Origin: Iphione sp. A-MEVVRFRX5
Lineage: Eukaryota
Assembly (NCBI GenBank): GCA_976226885.1
Contig: OZ320322.1
Span: forward strand, 29,016,001 to 29,080,000
Reading direction: 5' to 3'
DNA length: 64,000 nucleotides
The notes below the pieces were generated by a model that was given only the letters and a program-made list of their open reading frames with translations, was not told the DNA's origin and made no database searches. The position numbers were made by a program, and so were the translations under genes. Shown one piece after another: positions 13,548 through 27,445 of this stretch (the first letter of the stretch is position 1; every line of letters starts with the position of its first letter).

Positions 13548-14819
13548 TTTCACCACACACTATATATGATGCAGATGTTATATTTTCAACCATAATGGTC
13601 TCATGAAGCACAATGTCTGTCCCCTTCCATAACAGTTGGTATGCATGTAATGCTTGTTGCATATTAGGCAGTGTAAGGGACCAGGAGGGGATGCGGGTGT
13701 TAGGTGTACCATCATCTCTGATTGGAGATACTTAGGTCGTGTTATCTCCCGTTTTCCATGTACAACTTTATGCAAATTGGGAGACATATATCCCCTCCTG
13801 TGGAATACCACAGGGTAAGTCTGTGGTGGGTCCTAAATGTCGGAGGTGTGTTTAGTGCATATTGCTTGCCATCCTTCCGAAACACTGCCACAGAATCCTC
13901 CGCTACAATATTTGGGGAGGGGCGTGTGGAAAGATAATCATATTGTGTGACAGTCAAATGTAGTCCCAGAAGACTTTTGGTGTATAATAACTGTATCCAC
14001 ATAAAGTCTACCTTGCATTTTGTTCTTGTAAAGCTTTGGTTTATCGCAGAATGTTGTACATTCAGCTTGTAGTCTTCAGGCAACAGATTGGTGAATCCAC
14101 CCAACAGTCAGTACACCTCAGTTTATATACACACTGATAATTAAAGAACAGTCCTACCTATTTGACCATAAAGGTTCTTTGTTTAATGTGGCACTTGCTG
14201 CAGCCATACGAGACCTTTTATTCAGACAATTGTCAGTAATGTTTATCACGTTATTATTATTGTTGTCATTGTGATACTAAGCAATAACACCTATATTAGA
14301 AATTATTCCATATGACACTGTTACTCAAAGCATGTGCAATATATGGTATTCACTGCTAACATGTACATGACCAACCTTAGTGTAGGAGAGAACAAACATT
14401 TTCCCAATTGATCTCCCATAGTATCCATTATGAACTTCATTCTTTATGAAGTTATAACTATACGCTTTACAAAGTTACAGTTTTATTTGTTATGTAACAC
14501 AAGCGCATAACCTGATGGTCCAGAAATATGCATCCATCTGGACATGGCATCTTTCCTTGTGTGCCTTAGATAACCTTGGCTTTGTCTCTTAAGGTAATAA
14601 AATAAACTAAATTTGAGCTCTTGTAAGTGTGAAGAAGAAAATTCAATGAATCCAGAACACTTTTTCTTCCAAAGTTCGATGAGAACTGTGACAAGGATCT
14701 CAACTTGTCAGATGGTTTCATATTACATTAAAGATATAGTGCACGTTCGGTTATATGAACTTTTCTTTCTCTCCAAGTCAATTATCTCAGATTTCTCACT
14801 CAATTTGCTATGAGCTGTG

Positions 14820-15500
14820 TCTAATCCTTGCCGCAGACAAGCAGCCAAGATCCCGTACATAATAGCCTCGAAAGAAGAGTCTGGTGGGGGGGCCATCCTT
14901 GCCGACCGACCCGCCCTGTATCAAATCTCAGCCACCTCCACTTGGCAGCCTGTTCCTCTCTCCCTGCCTTTCGTGACAACGACATGCGATGGAATAATTC
15001 GCTGCGACGCCGCTGCCGATTGTGTTCGACGCGCCCCTGGCGGGCTCCGCCCCCGGGAGGACCGATTATCCCCAGGCTGGGAGACTGAGTCAATGTAAGT
15101 AGCAGCAAAGGCCAATCAATTCGTTAGCCTGATCAGCCGGTCCTGATTGCGTGAAGGGAACCGAGAGGTGCTGTGCGCCGCCTGTCTCTATGCCTACCCC
15201 GATGTCCTACCGTCACAAGAAAAAGTACCTCCTTTTGAGTGCGTATCAATGTCTGCGCGTGCGTGCGTCCGTGTGGGCGTACGCGAGAGGCACGTGTATA
15301 CGGGTTGAGGCATATGGCTCTTTTGTGGGCGGCAAAGCTTTCTGTGGGGTGGATTGGAAGACCTCAGAGCGAACCTGACGCTTCCCCTGCCGTAATGGCG
15401 GTTCTCATGTGAGTCGCCGAGGAATAATCAAATCCGGGCGTCCAGGATTCAATACGACAGTAACGAGATCATCCGTTACAACAGCGTATCTTTGCTCTAA
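14820..15500. promoter_or_regulatory. Second GC/CpG-rich non-coding island
   Basis: Locally high CpG with GC-box-like and CCAAT motifs. The overlapping short ORFs have no recognisable motifs. Confidence 0.25.
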
Positions 15501-16299
15501 CTCAAAGGGACGTCTCCTGATGTATTTGCTCGATATTTCGCACATAGCTACTGGGGTCTTTTCTAAGTAAGAACATTGGGTTTATTTATTTCTATTTTAA
15601 AACTTTCCACAGTAGAAATTTTGAGGTACCTTGCACGTCCATTTTGGAAGATAAACCGTATGATAATGTTAAATTTAATACAATACACATACATTCCTAT
15701 CTTTCCCTTTATGAAAGCGCAAACTGATTTTATTGAACTTGCGGAATGTTTCCCGCTCAGAAGGACATGCAGCCAAACCCGAAAGATGGCGTGGTTACGT
15801 TCTCTGTATGCCGCATGTGGCGTCCTCTATTGGCGATATTTCGGATATAAATCGCAGAAAAATCGTGTTGTCCACTGAAACATGTTCGACTGCTTACTAG
15901 CCTATAGCTAGTGCTAAGCCGACGTTTTCTGTTCAGCGTGCGGAATTCCCAATGGCAATTATTTTCCTTTAATCGTTAACGGCTCCCTCTCCTTTACTTG
16001 TGTGTGCAGAATCAAACATGCCAAGGATCGGAATATGTATGGAGATGTACATGTATATATTGAGTTTGCTTTCGGGCTCAAATTGGTACTTTTAGTCCAG
16101 GGGGTAGGTAGACGAATTTGGGTGTGCTACAAGAACAAGTGAAGATGGAAGACTAAGAAGTGCGATCCCTACATGCCATTAGTGTAGGAATTACTTGTAA
16201 ACCTTCCGAAGTTTCTGGGAGTAAACACGTTCTTTGCTTGGGATTTGCCTTTCGTGTGCTATACATGTGTCGTCCTCACCTATCCTCTCCTGCCCCATT

Positions 16300-18815
16300 T
16301 CTACAGGAAAATTGTAGGTGCATATATACATATACCCCGAAACCCGGTTAAACATGAGATTACTGGAGAGACCAAACTGGGAGAGAAACCAAGATCTCTA
16401 ATACCTAATCATTCATTTGCTGTACATAAGATATGTCTATTTTATGAGAGAACTAAACTGGTGAGCCTTCAGCGATCACTTTGGCACGAGTGTGGTTTAC
16501 AAGAGTGCTAAAACAATGATACACAACAAACAACACGAATGCCAGAAACAAATATGTGAAAAACATTCCTATGTTGACTTACTTGACTCATTAAATAGCA
16601 ATAACAGTCATGTAGAAATCTCCACTGATGTAAATCAGTCATGGGAAGCATTGTTACCAGCAGCATGTATATTATTGGAACAGGTATGCCCATTGAAAAG
16701 CTGCACCAGAGGAAGCGTCGGGGCCGTTCGCACTCCGTATTCCTAAAGGAATTGCTGGCAGACAGGAAATACTTCCTAAATAAAAGGTTAGAAAATGGGG
16801 GATACAGATGATAGATGTATCTTCTCATTCTTGGATAGGAAATGTAAAAAAACAACTTCTAATTGAAAGTAACGACTATTACCAGCAAGAGTAATCAGCG
16901 AAAACGAATAGCAAGGAGTAATGGGGCATATTGATATCAACATAGTGCTAGGTAAAAGAGAACCGACAAATACAGTGACATTGACAAATGGTTAAAGCTC
17001 AATACCGTATACGGAAACTGCTGATTATATGAACGGCTATTTCATTGACAGCATTGAGAAAGTAGCAGGTAACATAGAAACCTCACGAGGTGCAACAGGA
17101 GAGGTTATTGACAATGACAATTTTTTTCAGGATTTCAAAGATGATGAAGTATGACAGGTCATTAAGGGGGTTAAGACAAATAAGTCATGAATGTAATGAA
17201 CCTGACAACAAAATCTTTAAGAGATTACTTACAAATAAGGGTGCCATTCTTCAGCAAGCTGTGCAATCAAATTGTACAGAACGCAACATTTGTTATTTCA
17301 TGGAAAATCGGGAGGGTAGTACAAATACCAAATAAGGGGAATAAAGAATTAGTCATTAATTACAGGCCAATCACCATCCTTCCCATGCCTGGGAAAATGA
17401 TGGAAAAGTTGATGTGTGAAAGAATGAGAAAGTACCTAGCGTCTATACATTTCTGGTCAAACACCCATCACGGTTTCGTGGAGGAACAATCAACAAAGAC
17501 AGCAACTGTTTGCATAAGGCCTAAAAAAAGTTCTGTGTTTCCGATAACAAGCTTAAAAAATATAGGGTCGGTAGGTCGGTGGGTTTTTTTTTCATTTTTT
17601 CAATGTTAATTACTACTTAAAATTACATATGTATAAGGTAAAATAAGTTCTACTGTTTATAACTTAATGAAACCTGTATTAAATGAAAGCTGGTGATCTA
17701 AGCAGCAAAATGGTGTACTGCATAAGTCTCTACCATTATTCATGCCAAAGATATTAACAAAAACATGATAAAATAAAATGCTCCAGTAGAACAAAAAGAA
17801 GGGTCGGTCGGGTTACCGGAAACACAGGTATTTTTTGTTTAGGCCTAATTAGGGATGTTCTATCTGGTATATGTAATATAGAACTTTTGCATGATACAGG
17901 CCTCAACATAGCACTAGTAGCTACATTAAATAACTATTTGAGGGTATCATAAGGCTCTCTAATTGGCTTAATGGGTTTTACCATAGTTGTCATTGACATA
18001 GAGAAGGTATTGGGAAGGCATGCAAAACTAATTATGTATGCGGATGACTAACTGCAGTAGTGGTGAGTGCTAGAGGTATTAGGTTATATTATTGACAACA
18101 ATTTGTCATGGAAAGCAATGGTGAATAAAACGGTTCAGAAAATGGCACATGCATCAGTATACAGTATAGGGAAGCTTAGAAACAAGCTGCCAATATTTGC
18201 AAGGGAAAGACTTTTCCAAAGTCGTGTACTACCACATCTGGAGTGCATAGGATTAGTTATAGGTGAGACTAGAAGAAATTAGAACATAAACTACAAACAG
18301 CATATGTTAAAGCTGACAGGCGTATAACTGGAATGCCAAAAGCAAAATCAAATGCAATGATTGGGATGCCACAAAAAAATTTCAATTCAAGTATGAAATT
18401 GATACATAACATGTTTCTCACAGGCCTTCTACCAAAAGAAATGCAGGCAAAACATGACAGGGGCAGACAACATAATTGTTGCTACTGAAAAGTAAGAAAT
18501 GAATGATGAGAAAATCATTTAGTTATTCGAATATAAACGAATGGAGCAATCTCCCAGTGATGTACAGAGAATGTGCGACTATGAAGGGCTTCAAAAAACT
18601 AATGCAACATTTTAAGCATTGTACAATATTTGGTCTCGACTAGGCATTCCAGGAGTGAATTGTACTGTGTATTCATGTATTATCTGATTATGTACATATA
18701 TTGTCGAAGGTGTACATTGTTAGGTATTGAGACATGGACTATGTAACTGAATGTCCTATTCTGGAAATCTTGCTTAATTGTAAGACGGTTATGACAATAA
18801 AACATTTTAATTTCA
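16300..18815 (+). mobile_element. Degenerate CR1/L2-type LINE (end of APE endonuclease, RT, 3' UTR), interrupted by a MITE
   Basis: FSDH endonuclease motif near 16470. RT motifs WKIGRVVQIPNKG...NYRPITILPMPGKMMEK...HGF, a degenerate GSLIG, YADD (about 18037-18048) and LGYIIDNNLSW. AATAAA near 18797. Many stops and frameshifts. The start coordinate is approximate. Confidence 0.85.
17518..17845. mobile_element. PIF/Harbinger-like MITE inserted in the LINE RT
   Basis: TIRs GGCCTAAAAAAAGTTCTGTGTTTCCG / CGGAAACACAGGTATTTTTTGTTTAGGCC, with a TAA duplication at 17515-17517 and 17846-17848. Confidence 0.85.
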
Positions 18816-20983
18816 AGTTCGGTCACATACGCAGGTCCCGACTGTCAACAGGAGCATGAGTGTGGGATCCAATAATTTCACTATACAGTTACCTGACAAT
18901 GCTAAGATGTGATGGGTTCATCGACATATCCATGTATCAAGCCATGATCTGTCTACTAGGTTCCTTCAACCTGACTAGGCTGCTCTCTAGGAACTGGATA
19001 GTGCCATGTACAAATTTGGACCCCTGGAGGGCTCATTTAAAATGGATGATGATACACCTTAAATGGTTTATTAGTGGCCTATGCAATAGAGAGTAGAGAG
19101 CTATGGAGAGCATAACATACCGCTACATAGTAATAGGCATGTGTAGTTAGAAAGGATATTATTCACTGTACTGCAGAGTGGGGTAGAGTTCACTGAGTAC
19201 ACTTCTGTGGCACCACTGCATAGTGGGCGGTGTTCATTGAGTACATTACTTACTGCTTGGGAATTGTATAAAGGTACATGTGCACCCTGTTTGGGTTATT
19301 TGGTACAGTTCTGTGGCACCACACTAGACAACATTGTATCAGTTCTAAGGGTCACTGAGTATAGGTCTATGGCACCAGTGGGACCATCTGCATTACCAAG
19401 ATTACTTTATGAGGAGGTACAGTACCTTATTAGATTTTTAAGAATTCATGGGCGCCATATAAATCACCTAATGCATAAGAGATATTATGTATGATGCTGG
19501 CTCATCCTGTTTGGTCAATATTCCCTGATTGTTTTTGATTGGTTACACCTGCCTTGAGTCACATGATCACTATTCCCTATACATACATGTCCTAAATGGC
19601 AATTAAATGGGCGTGAAACTGGGACTGGTTGGGGCCATTTTTATTTGCACACCACAAAACTGCAGTACGTTATTAAGAATGTGTTAGCCTGAGATAGCTA
19701 ATTATTGATAGAGACATGTTCAGCAATATGGGTGTTTCCTGCGATCATGGCTTTTGCATATATTATTAGCTTTAGCCTGATAGAGAGTATGTCAATGGTA
19801 CATCTTGCTATGTAGATAGAGAACCTGGTTCACTCCAAGTACACAATGTAAAAGTGTATGGGCATCTTATTCAACCTAATTGATCCCGCTTATATATATA
19901 GTCAATGCTATTATGGCTTTCACATTTCACAATCCAACATCGCAAGAGGTTGATCGGGAGAACTGTGAAAGGTTGATCTGGGGAACTCTATCTGGAAGCT
20001 GGATGTTGGAGTGCCAGAGCACATCCTGGAACACTGGATTGCAGAATACCAGACTGACCTTGCAGAAGCATCTCATGCCAAACGGGGCACTACACTCCGT
20101 TTATTACAGAATGTACATATTTCCAGACCCAGTAACAGTAGGAGAGTTTGAATGACCCATGGAGGAAAATATTTACAAATACAGTACCATCTGTCCATCT
20201 CATGGCAAAAAGTGATCATTTACATATATGTTGGTCTCTTTAGTGAACTGAAATTAGAATTAGAATGATGACGATGCTGCAACAATATCAGACTAAGATA
20301 ATAACATCAATCAAGAATGCCAAAACCTAATACGTTCTGCGGGGAAATGTTATCTTTAAACTCTGATAACTTCTGAGTTTAGATATTAATTTACTCCAGG
20401 TGTACATGGACATACATGGACCATGCCCGGAACCACACTCTTCAAGCATCATTCAAATAAAACATGCACTCATACCAGTTCATGTTCAGTATTATGACAG
20501 TTCATCCAACCCCTCACACACTGGTTGACAGTCATATACATGTATGTACAACCTTACAGTGAAATTGGGGTTTTGTGTTAAATGATCATATAGATTGTCC
20601 GAGATAATACTAATAAATACACATAGCTATATAATTGCATAAATAGATCAGAACTCTTTTTGATGGCATGGCTTGATACTGAGTCTGCTTTCGCTTGGAC
20701 TAAGAAGGAGCCAAACACTCATTGAAGGCTCTGGTTCTTGGCCTGCAACTCCATCAAACTATTGCTAGACGTGTCCAAGCATGGCTTTATTAATCCAGGA
20801 AAGGATGTGAGTGTCACGGCCAGACATGTTAAAAATACTGATCTATCTTCGATCAGATCTTATTGTTTTGTCTGCTTTTTCCTCTACATAGCATCGGCTC
20901 TGAAAGTGTGCATACAAGATTTATATGAGTACTTTCTGGTCACGAGAACTGCATTTGACCTTATCAGTATAGACATAGAATAA

Positions 20984-21619
20984 GGCCTGGTTTCCATACC
21001 TGCGGCACAGTGTGGACATGTGCAGGAGACATCAGTGTGAATTGGCATTCCTTTTCATGTCTACCCTAATCTCCTGCAGTCTCCTACAGTCTCCCGCAGA
21101 GGGGTGTCCTTGTTGAGGCTGCAGGAGCGTGTGGAAAATAAGCAAAAATTGATGTAAGAGGACAAATATGCTGCTAAAAGTCGCAAAAGATGGCAAAAAT
21201 GATGGGAAAAGGGCTGAAAAAGGACAGAAATGATGCTAAAAGCCACGATAAACAGCAAAAATGACAGGAGAAATTATGAAAAAGGACAAAAATGATGCTA
21301 AAAACCGCAAAAAATGGCATAAATGCCCCACAAGAAATCGGAAAAAAGATGGCATGGTGCATAACAGTGCATAAAGGTGTGTAAATTACCCTCAAAAGTG
21401 AAGAAATGTGAAGAAATATGAAGAAATACGTTTGCATTGCCATGCGTTTGAGGCAAATTTATGGACCTGGACCAAGAACGGGCAACGCATGGCAACGCAC
21501 ATGCATATCACCACAGGTATGGAAACCATCTCACTGATATCCTATACACCACTAATTACATAATTCACCACAGAGAATCGCACATGCATAGTGCCACATA
21601 CATGTATGGAAACTGGGTC
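20984..21619. mobile_element. PIF/Harbinger-like MITE (GGCCTGGTTTCCATAC family) with internal A-rich tandem repeats
   Basis: Left TIR GGCCTGGTTTCCATAC, right end GTATGGAAACTGGGTC, TAA on both flanks (20981-20983, 21620-21622). Confidence 0.7.
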
Positions 21620-23214
21620 TAAAAGGTTCTCCAAATACAATTTGTTGTCTTTTGGAATGGCATATCTCCCTGTAATACTGTGGGCCTATTTATAAAAAAT
21701 ACAGAATATAGAAGAAATCAACTCCAAAATGTGAGAATGTCTAATCATAGAGTGAGATCCGTGCACTTTGTGCTTTCGAAATCAGGAGAAAAGCGTTTTG
21801 GGTTTAACCCACTCATCAGCTTTTGGAGGCAAGGAATGCCCTTCATTTCGCAGAGTCATCTTCATACTTTGTACAGTCAGCGCTCCTCCAATACGACGCA
21901 GTTGGTTGGAAAATTGCTATGCGGTGAAAAAAAAATCAAATCAAACATTAACTTGTGACAAGCATGAAGTATGGTGCATGAGTTGAAAAAGGGCCGGAGT
22001 GTTGCTAAGACTACCTCTACATCTTCATTAGACACGGCCAGATCTATGATCCCATACCCCAGCTCTTAGTAAGGTCTCGAAGATATTAACCATCTTTGCA
22101 TGTCGACGTCATCTGATTCACAGCCACTCGTAAACTCGCTAAGAATACCGCTAAAGGAGCAAACAACGATTCTGTGGTATTCCGCTTGCATGTGTTTACT
22201 TTCCACGGTGGTCAGTACATGCGCCCTCTTTTTCTGTCGCTCTTTGCCGAGCGTGCAGGGAGAGGCATGACATTTGATCAGGGGGGGGGGGGCGACGGTC
22301 TTCAGTGAGCGTTGAGGGACAAGAGTTTGGTCGTCAGGAAAGCAAGTAAACAGAGGAGGGGAAGCAGTGTGTACCAGAGAAACCATAGGTAGTTGGATTG
22401 TACAATATTATTTTTCGCTGCAAGAGCAAAATTTTAAGCTCGCTTTTCCTATGACATGAATGTTGCTGTTGACTGCAGCTCTCGCCTCTTGAATATTTGT
22501 TCAGAAAAAGATTTAAGCCTATCATATCGATGTACGTTTGAACAGAAAACAATGATTTGCGTTTTTCTCTAAGTTCAAGGCCAGCAAGGAGTTATTGGAT
22601 CTAATCAAATATGTTCTCACGTTACATGTGTATGTAGATTTATATCGCATAGTATAGGAGTACATTTGCATTCCCAGATCACATTTTAGTGTCAGTGTAA
22701 TAAGTGTTTCTTAATTCAACCGTTGCTTAGCTAACAAGCTAAAGGGAACTTCTTTAGTTCATGACAAAGTCAGGAGGTTTCTTTCAAAACAGCATATACA
22801 ATCCTACCTGGGAAACGGAATTTTTTCCTCGTTCCCACCACTGATTTGTGAATACATATACAATATATATATGTACCCAGATGCATGTAATAAATGCAGA
22901 AATTACATAATATATACATAGTCAAAACTCGCCAACTGGAGACTCCTTATCCGTAAAACTGCGTTAACCGGACTGAACTTGAGAAAAAGATGTATTATAT
23001 CCAATGTTTCATTAACCAGAATATTCAATATCCGGACTAATTTTGGGGTAACGAAGTTACATATGTATATTCAAACATCATATACATAACTATGGATTAA
23101 CATAGCTATAAATTACTCATAAACGGCTTGGTCCTGGAGGGTTCCCAATCACGTGCAACACCATCCCATTCCACCGGACTAACCCCCACGACCCTGACGA
23201 GTCCCTGACTGGAG

Positions 23215-23312
23215 TACTATAAATACGTGGCGAAAGCCGGGGGACCAGGAGAGGACGCTTACCCCAACTCTGCTGCTGTAGTATTTATCTTCTCGCTGCA
23301 TCCAGGTGAGTA
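23215..23312 (+). promoter_or_regulatory. TATA box followed by a short exon-like segment and a GTGAGT splice donor
   Basis: TATAAATA at about 23217-23224 and CCAG|GTGAGT at about 23306. There is no transcript evidence. Confidence 0.3.
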
Positions 23313-23899
23313 GGATATGGGCGTAAAATATCAGGGTTAGTTCACCCTACTTAATAAGTAAACAATTTAGTTTTCCATCTTATCACACTCGATTGAGATA
23401 ACAATATTGTATATGTAATTTAGAGATTACCCAGAACGGATTTGTGGACTTTGACTGTAGTTAAGTTTAAAATGTGTTTGATTTTTCGTGATGCTTGTTT
23501 TTCGAACTACTGCGTCATACATGAGCAAAAACATGAGTAAGGTCTCTGAGACGGCCAAAACCCATAAACCTCTAAAATTGTCGAGATGTACACGTTGTCC
23601 TGTCTTTTAAAATACATGAACTTTGTTCATATACTCTAGAACCCATCTTAGTCTCCTACAGCACCATGGGTTGTCGAATTGGTTTGCTCTTCATGAGGGA
23701 CGATACATTTTGGGACAGAAAAAGTTTTTTTGAATGATTTATGTTGGAATCTTCGAATTTATTTGCAGTTTCGACGAGAGTAACTTGTGAAAGAAGTATG
23801 TCTATAAATGCCAGTTTGCCTACCGCCGAAGGTACGATGGAAACTTTCAACTTTCAACATATTATAGGTTAACAAATCTAGCATCAATGTGCTTCTTTC

Positions 23900-24710
23900 T
23901 TGGTACCTGGAGGATGCATTGCTGCTAGCAGTGGGTGTGCATGGTAAATTAATTTTAAAAGAATCTGTCCAAGCATCTACTTTCAAATATTGATGGAAAG
24001 CAGCTAGAATCACACCACTACATAAAAAGGGCAGTGAGATAGATAAGAAAAAATTCAGGCCAATAGGGATGCATACCGGTAGTAGGCAAAGTGCTGAAGA
24101 GATTGGTCTATAATCAGATGAGTGAGTTTTTAGACACCACAAACGTCTTTGCTAACCGACAATATGGTTCAGAAAGATGAGAAGCGCTACTACAACGACA
24201 GCTTGCTTCCTGGAGGATATTTACGAAGCTATTGATAACAAGAAACATGTGGAGGCAGTATTTGTCGACATGACCAAGGCATTCGACGTAGCTGATCACT
24301 CGATTTTTCTAAGCAAATTATCTGATGCCAACATAGGGGAAAACAGTACCATGGGTCAAATCATACCTTGAGAACAGGGAATAGTATGTCAAATGCAAAT
24401 GGTCATCTATCAACAAGTGAAGTTGTCAACATTGACGTACCCCACCGGAGCATGATGGGTCCCTTCTTGTTCAGTATTTTGATAAATAATGTCCCTCAAT
24501 CTCAGATAGTGACCAGTAGTGTAATATATGCAGATGGTATCACGCTATACTCAGTTGCGTCCAATGCCTTGGCATTGAGACTAAAGCTTCGGAGAGGTAA
24601 AAGAGATCTTAGGATGTGGGCAGACTATGCTGGACTTGTGGTTAGTATCGAAAAGGTAGGAATCTGTTGGGGAAAATACTTCAGACCATACGTTCCGAGA
24701 TGAGGCAGTA
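23900..24710 (+). mobile_element. Degenerate CR1/L2-type LINE reverse transcriptase fragment
   Basis: WKAARITPLHKKG...FRPI...GKVLKRLVYNQ...QYG...VFVDMTKAFDVADHSIFLSKL, then DVPHRSMMGPFLFSILIN and YADG (degenerate GVPQGS and YADD). Confidence 0.85.
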
Positions 24711-24959
24711 GTGTGCTGACTCCATTCCGAGAAGTCCACATGGGTGGGTACCCTCCGGCTCATAATTAACATACATATACTCTGTGATTTACACTGCCGC
24801 CTTCTTGAAGGTGACCTGTAGAACAGTGGACTTGCTGTCGCGGTTCACTGTTAACACTTCTCGAACGGTTATGGTTACTGGTTTACATAGTGATGACGTC
24901 GGGGCCTCGCCGATTAGGCAGCCCAATGCTTGAACGCACCAGCATGTGCAGTGTACCGA

Positions 24960-25890
24960 GGTGCACGTGCACTCACCCCCTCTCGCCAGGGTTACAGTGG
25001 GCTGGGATTCCCACCGGTGTGCTGCGCGTAGTCTTGCCGACCGAAGTCGGACTTGAAGTAGTAGGTAGTCACTCAGAGAGTCGAGGATTGCTGGATTCTG
25101 ATCACTTTCGGAAGCCTGCACACAACAAAACGGTTGTCCTCAGGGTCCCCCCGGGCTATATTTAATGTCGGGCTGGGGGAAGAACGATGGCGGGCGAGCC
25201 CAGACGTGGCCGGAAGAGACATAACGATGATTGACAGGTGTCAGCGCAGTGTGAGTGGACGTGCAACCAGGCATGACGAGTGCACGAGCACCCATCACTC
25301 GCCCACCAGTCCAGTGCAACAGTGGTTGGGCCGACCACCGGCGTCTGGCTGCACGAAAGTTTGCTTCAACCGATGGGGGGACACCACCGGGAAGTCTTCT
25401 GAATTGTACGTGACCAAAGTAACATGTCTGCCAACTCACATTAATGTCACTCACCCCCCAGAACCAGGGTTACAGCAGGTGGGCATGCCTGCCGGTGTAG
25501 GTCAGTACGGTTGTATAGTCAGCAGTGACACGTCTGCCAACTCACATTCATGTCACTCACCCCCCAGTACCAGGGTTACAGCAGGTGGGCAGGCCTGCCG
25601 GTGTGCTGAACTATACGTGCTACAAACGTAAATGTTTATAAGTCAGGGCTACCACCCCCTTCCTTAGAACTGGCACCACGCAGTTTGGGTTACAGGCTGG
25701 TGAGACCATCGGCCCTGCCTATACGTTGTGCACAAGTAGGGATAGGGTTCCACTCACACTAACACTAGACACCTACCTCTCAAAGCACGTCTGCTCCCTT
25801 CCAAGCCTGGGACCGTCCTGAACACTTCTCGAAACCTGCCGACCCTTTTTATAGGACCAGATTGGGCTCAGAACGAGTTCCACGTTACGT
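24960..25890. repeat. Member of a dispersed repeat family, with internal triplicated motif
   Basis: The motif CACTCACCCCC...CCAGGGTTACAG occurs at about 24970, 25446 and 25552 (106-bp period for the last two). TGATTGACAG (25228) and GGGTTACAGGCTGGTGAGACCATCGGCCC (about 25687) are shared with copies at 34570-34900 and 59990-60370. Confidence 0.6.
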
Positions 25891-27024
25891 TGCTACAGTT
25901 GCGAGTTCCATTTTCACTGTGTATTGGCGTATCTGTTAGATATTATTTCCTTATCACTTATTACATCATCATGTTTGCAACATATAAACTGCCTAGATAG
26001 TCCCCGTATGTGTTTTAATCTGTATGTATTCTAATCTGTATGCTTAACATGTTAGCTTTATGTTAAATTGTCTTTTTCATTGACATTTTTCCTTTATGTG
26101 CTTATCTAAATGTATCCCCCCCAGGATCCATAACCTATTACTATTACAGTGTATATTCACTATCTTGTTTGCACAATGTCAAACTAATTTGTTCTTAAGT
26201 CTCACTAAATGCTTACTATCTATATACCCTTATCAAAATCATATTCTAATATATGATAACTGATCATCTGCAATACACATGTTGTTAAACTCTATGAACA
26301 GTGGATTGAACTCATCAATAAGCTCTAATTTACTGGTATTACATTGAATCGGCAATTGTCAAGGCAACACACCTCAATTGACCTCATCATACGTACTATT
26401 TTAAGACCACTGCTGTCTATAAGATATGCTGCTTAACATTGAGAACTGAACTAATTTGATCCCATTCTCAAGATGCTGATTAAAACTGTCTACTAACCAT
26501 GAAGAGTGACCAGCTGCAAGATATCCAACTTAACATAAGAAGTATTACAAATAGTATCCTTGAAATTCAGTATATTATAGCCAATCACAAGCCAGATATG
26601 GTCATCCTTACTGAGACTTGGTTAGACAAGTTCCAGAGTGCGTGTTCCCTATAGATGGTGACCTTTTATATAGATGAATAGATAGATACCAAACCAAAGA
26701 AAATAAGCTGAACGCCAGAGCAGGTCTAGCACTTTGTTATAAGGACAATTTAACTTCCGATTTCTCCAACCTGACTCTAAATTGGATATCCCTGACATTG
26801 AAAGTGTGTGGTTAAAAGTTTCTAAAGGGGATAAAAGGTTTTTTTCTATTAGGACGGATATATAAAACCCGCAAGGAAAATGAATAATTTCCTAGAATAT
26901 CTTGATGACACTGCACATAAGGTAAGAGAAATCACAAACTATTTAATTGTACTAGAAGATTTAAACGTAGATATATCAAGCAATGAAAGTCGATGCACCA
27001 ATGAATTAAAGCACTTATTACTAA

Positions 27025-27344
27025 AGCCTACAAAAATGTCTGTGTTTCCGCTGACCTGACGAACCCTCATTTTGGTACCAAAGTAAGTTTTTATATTTTT
27101 CTTGTTTTGTCAATATCTTTGGGATGGATAATGATAGAGACATTATACATCAATGTGTTCCTTAGGCCATATGATATGCATTTTATTAAAATCCAAATAG
27201 TAGAAGTGACAGTACCAGGCTTCACAAGAACTGAGACTGACATTTTCATAAGAAAATATGTGATGAAAAAAAAAAAAAGGGGCTGACCAACCAACCCTTG
27301 TTTTTTTTCAGTATGTTACCAGAAACACAACTATTTTTCAGGCC
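27025..27344. mobile_element. PIF/Harbinger-like MITE (same family as 17518-17845)
   Basis: Ends AGCCTACAAAAATGTCTGTGTTTCC / AGAAACACAACTATTTTTCAGGCC. Flanks are TAA and TCA. Confidence 0.7.
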
Positions 27345-27445
27345 TCAATAACAATCTGATACAAATCATTAAAGAACCTACCAGGATAACCAGTAGTACA
27401 TCCACATACTCTGCATACTAGATAAAGGTATTAAAGCCAATGTAA

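Noticed and set aside
13700-14104. GIPQGKSVVGP on + (RT-like) and a 120-aa minus ORF faintly like an APE endonuclease
   Set aside because: No YADD or other RT motif follows, and the two readings conflict. Too weak to call.
22098-22300. Short ORF MSTSSDSQ...FFCRSLPSV followed by MTFD, resembling the SLC17 N-terminus
   Set aside because: Only about 5 of 20 identities and it needs a frameshift; not distinguishable from chance.
23194-23250. CTGACGAG...CGAAAG resembling a hammerhead core
   Set aside because: No stem I can form and stem II is incoherent; it reads better as a TATA promoter.
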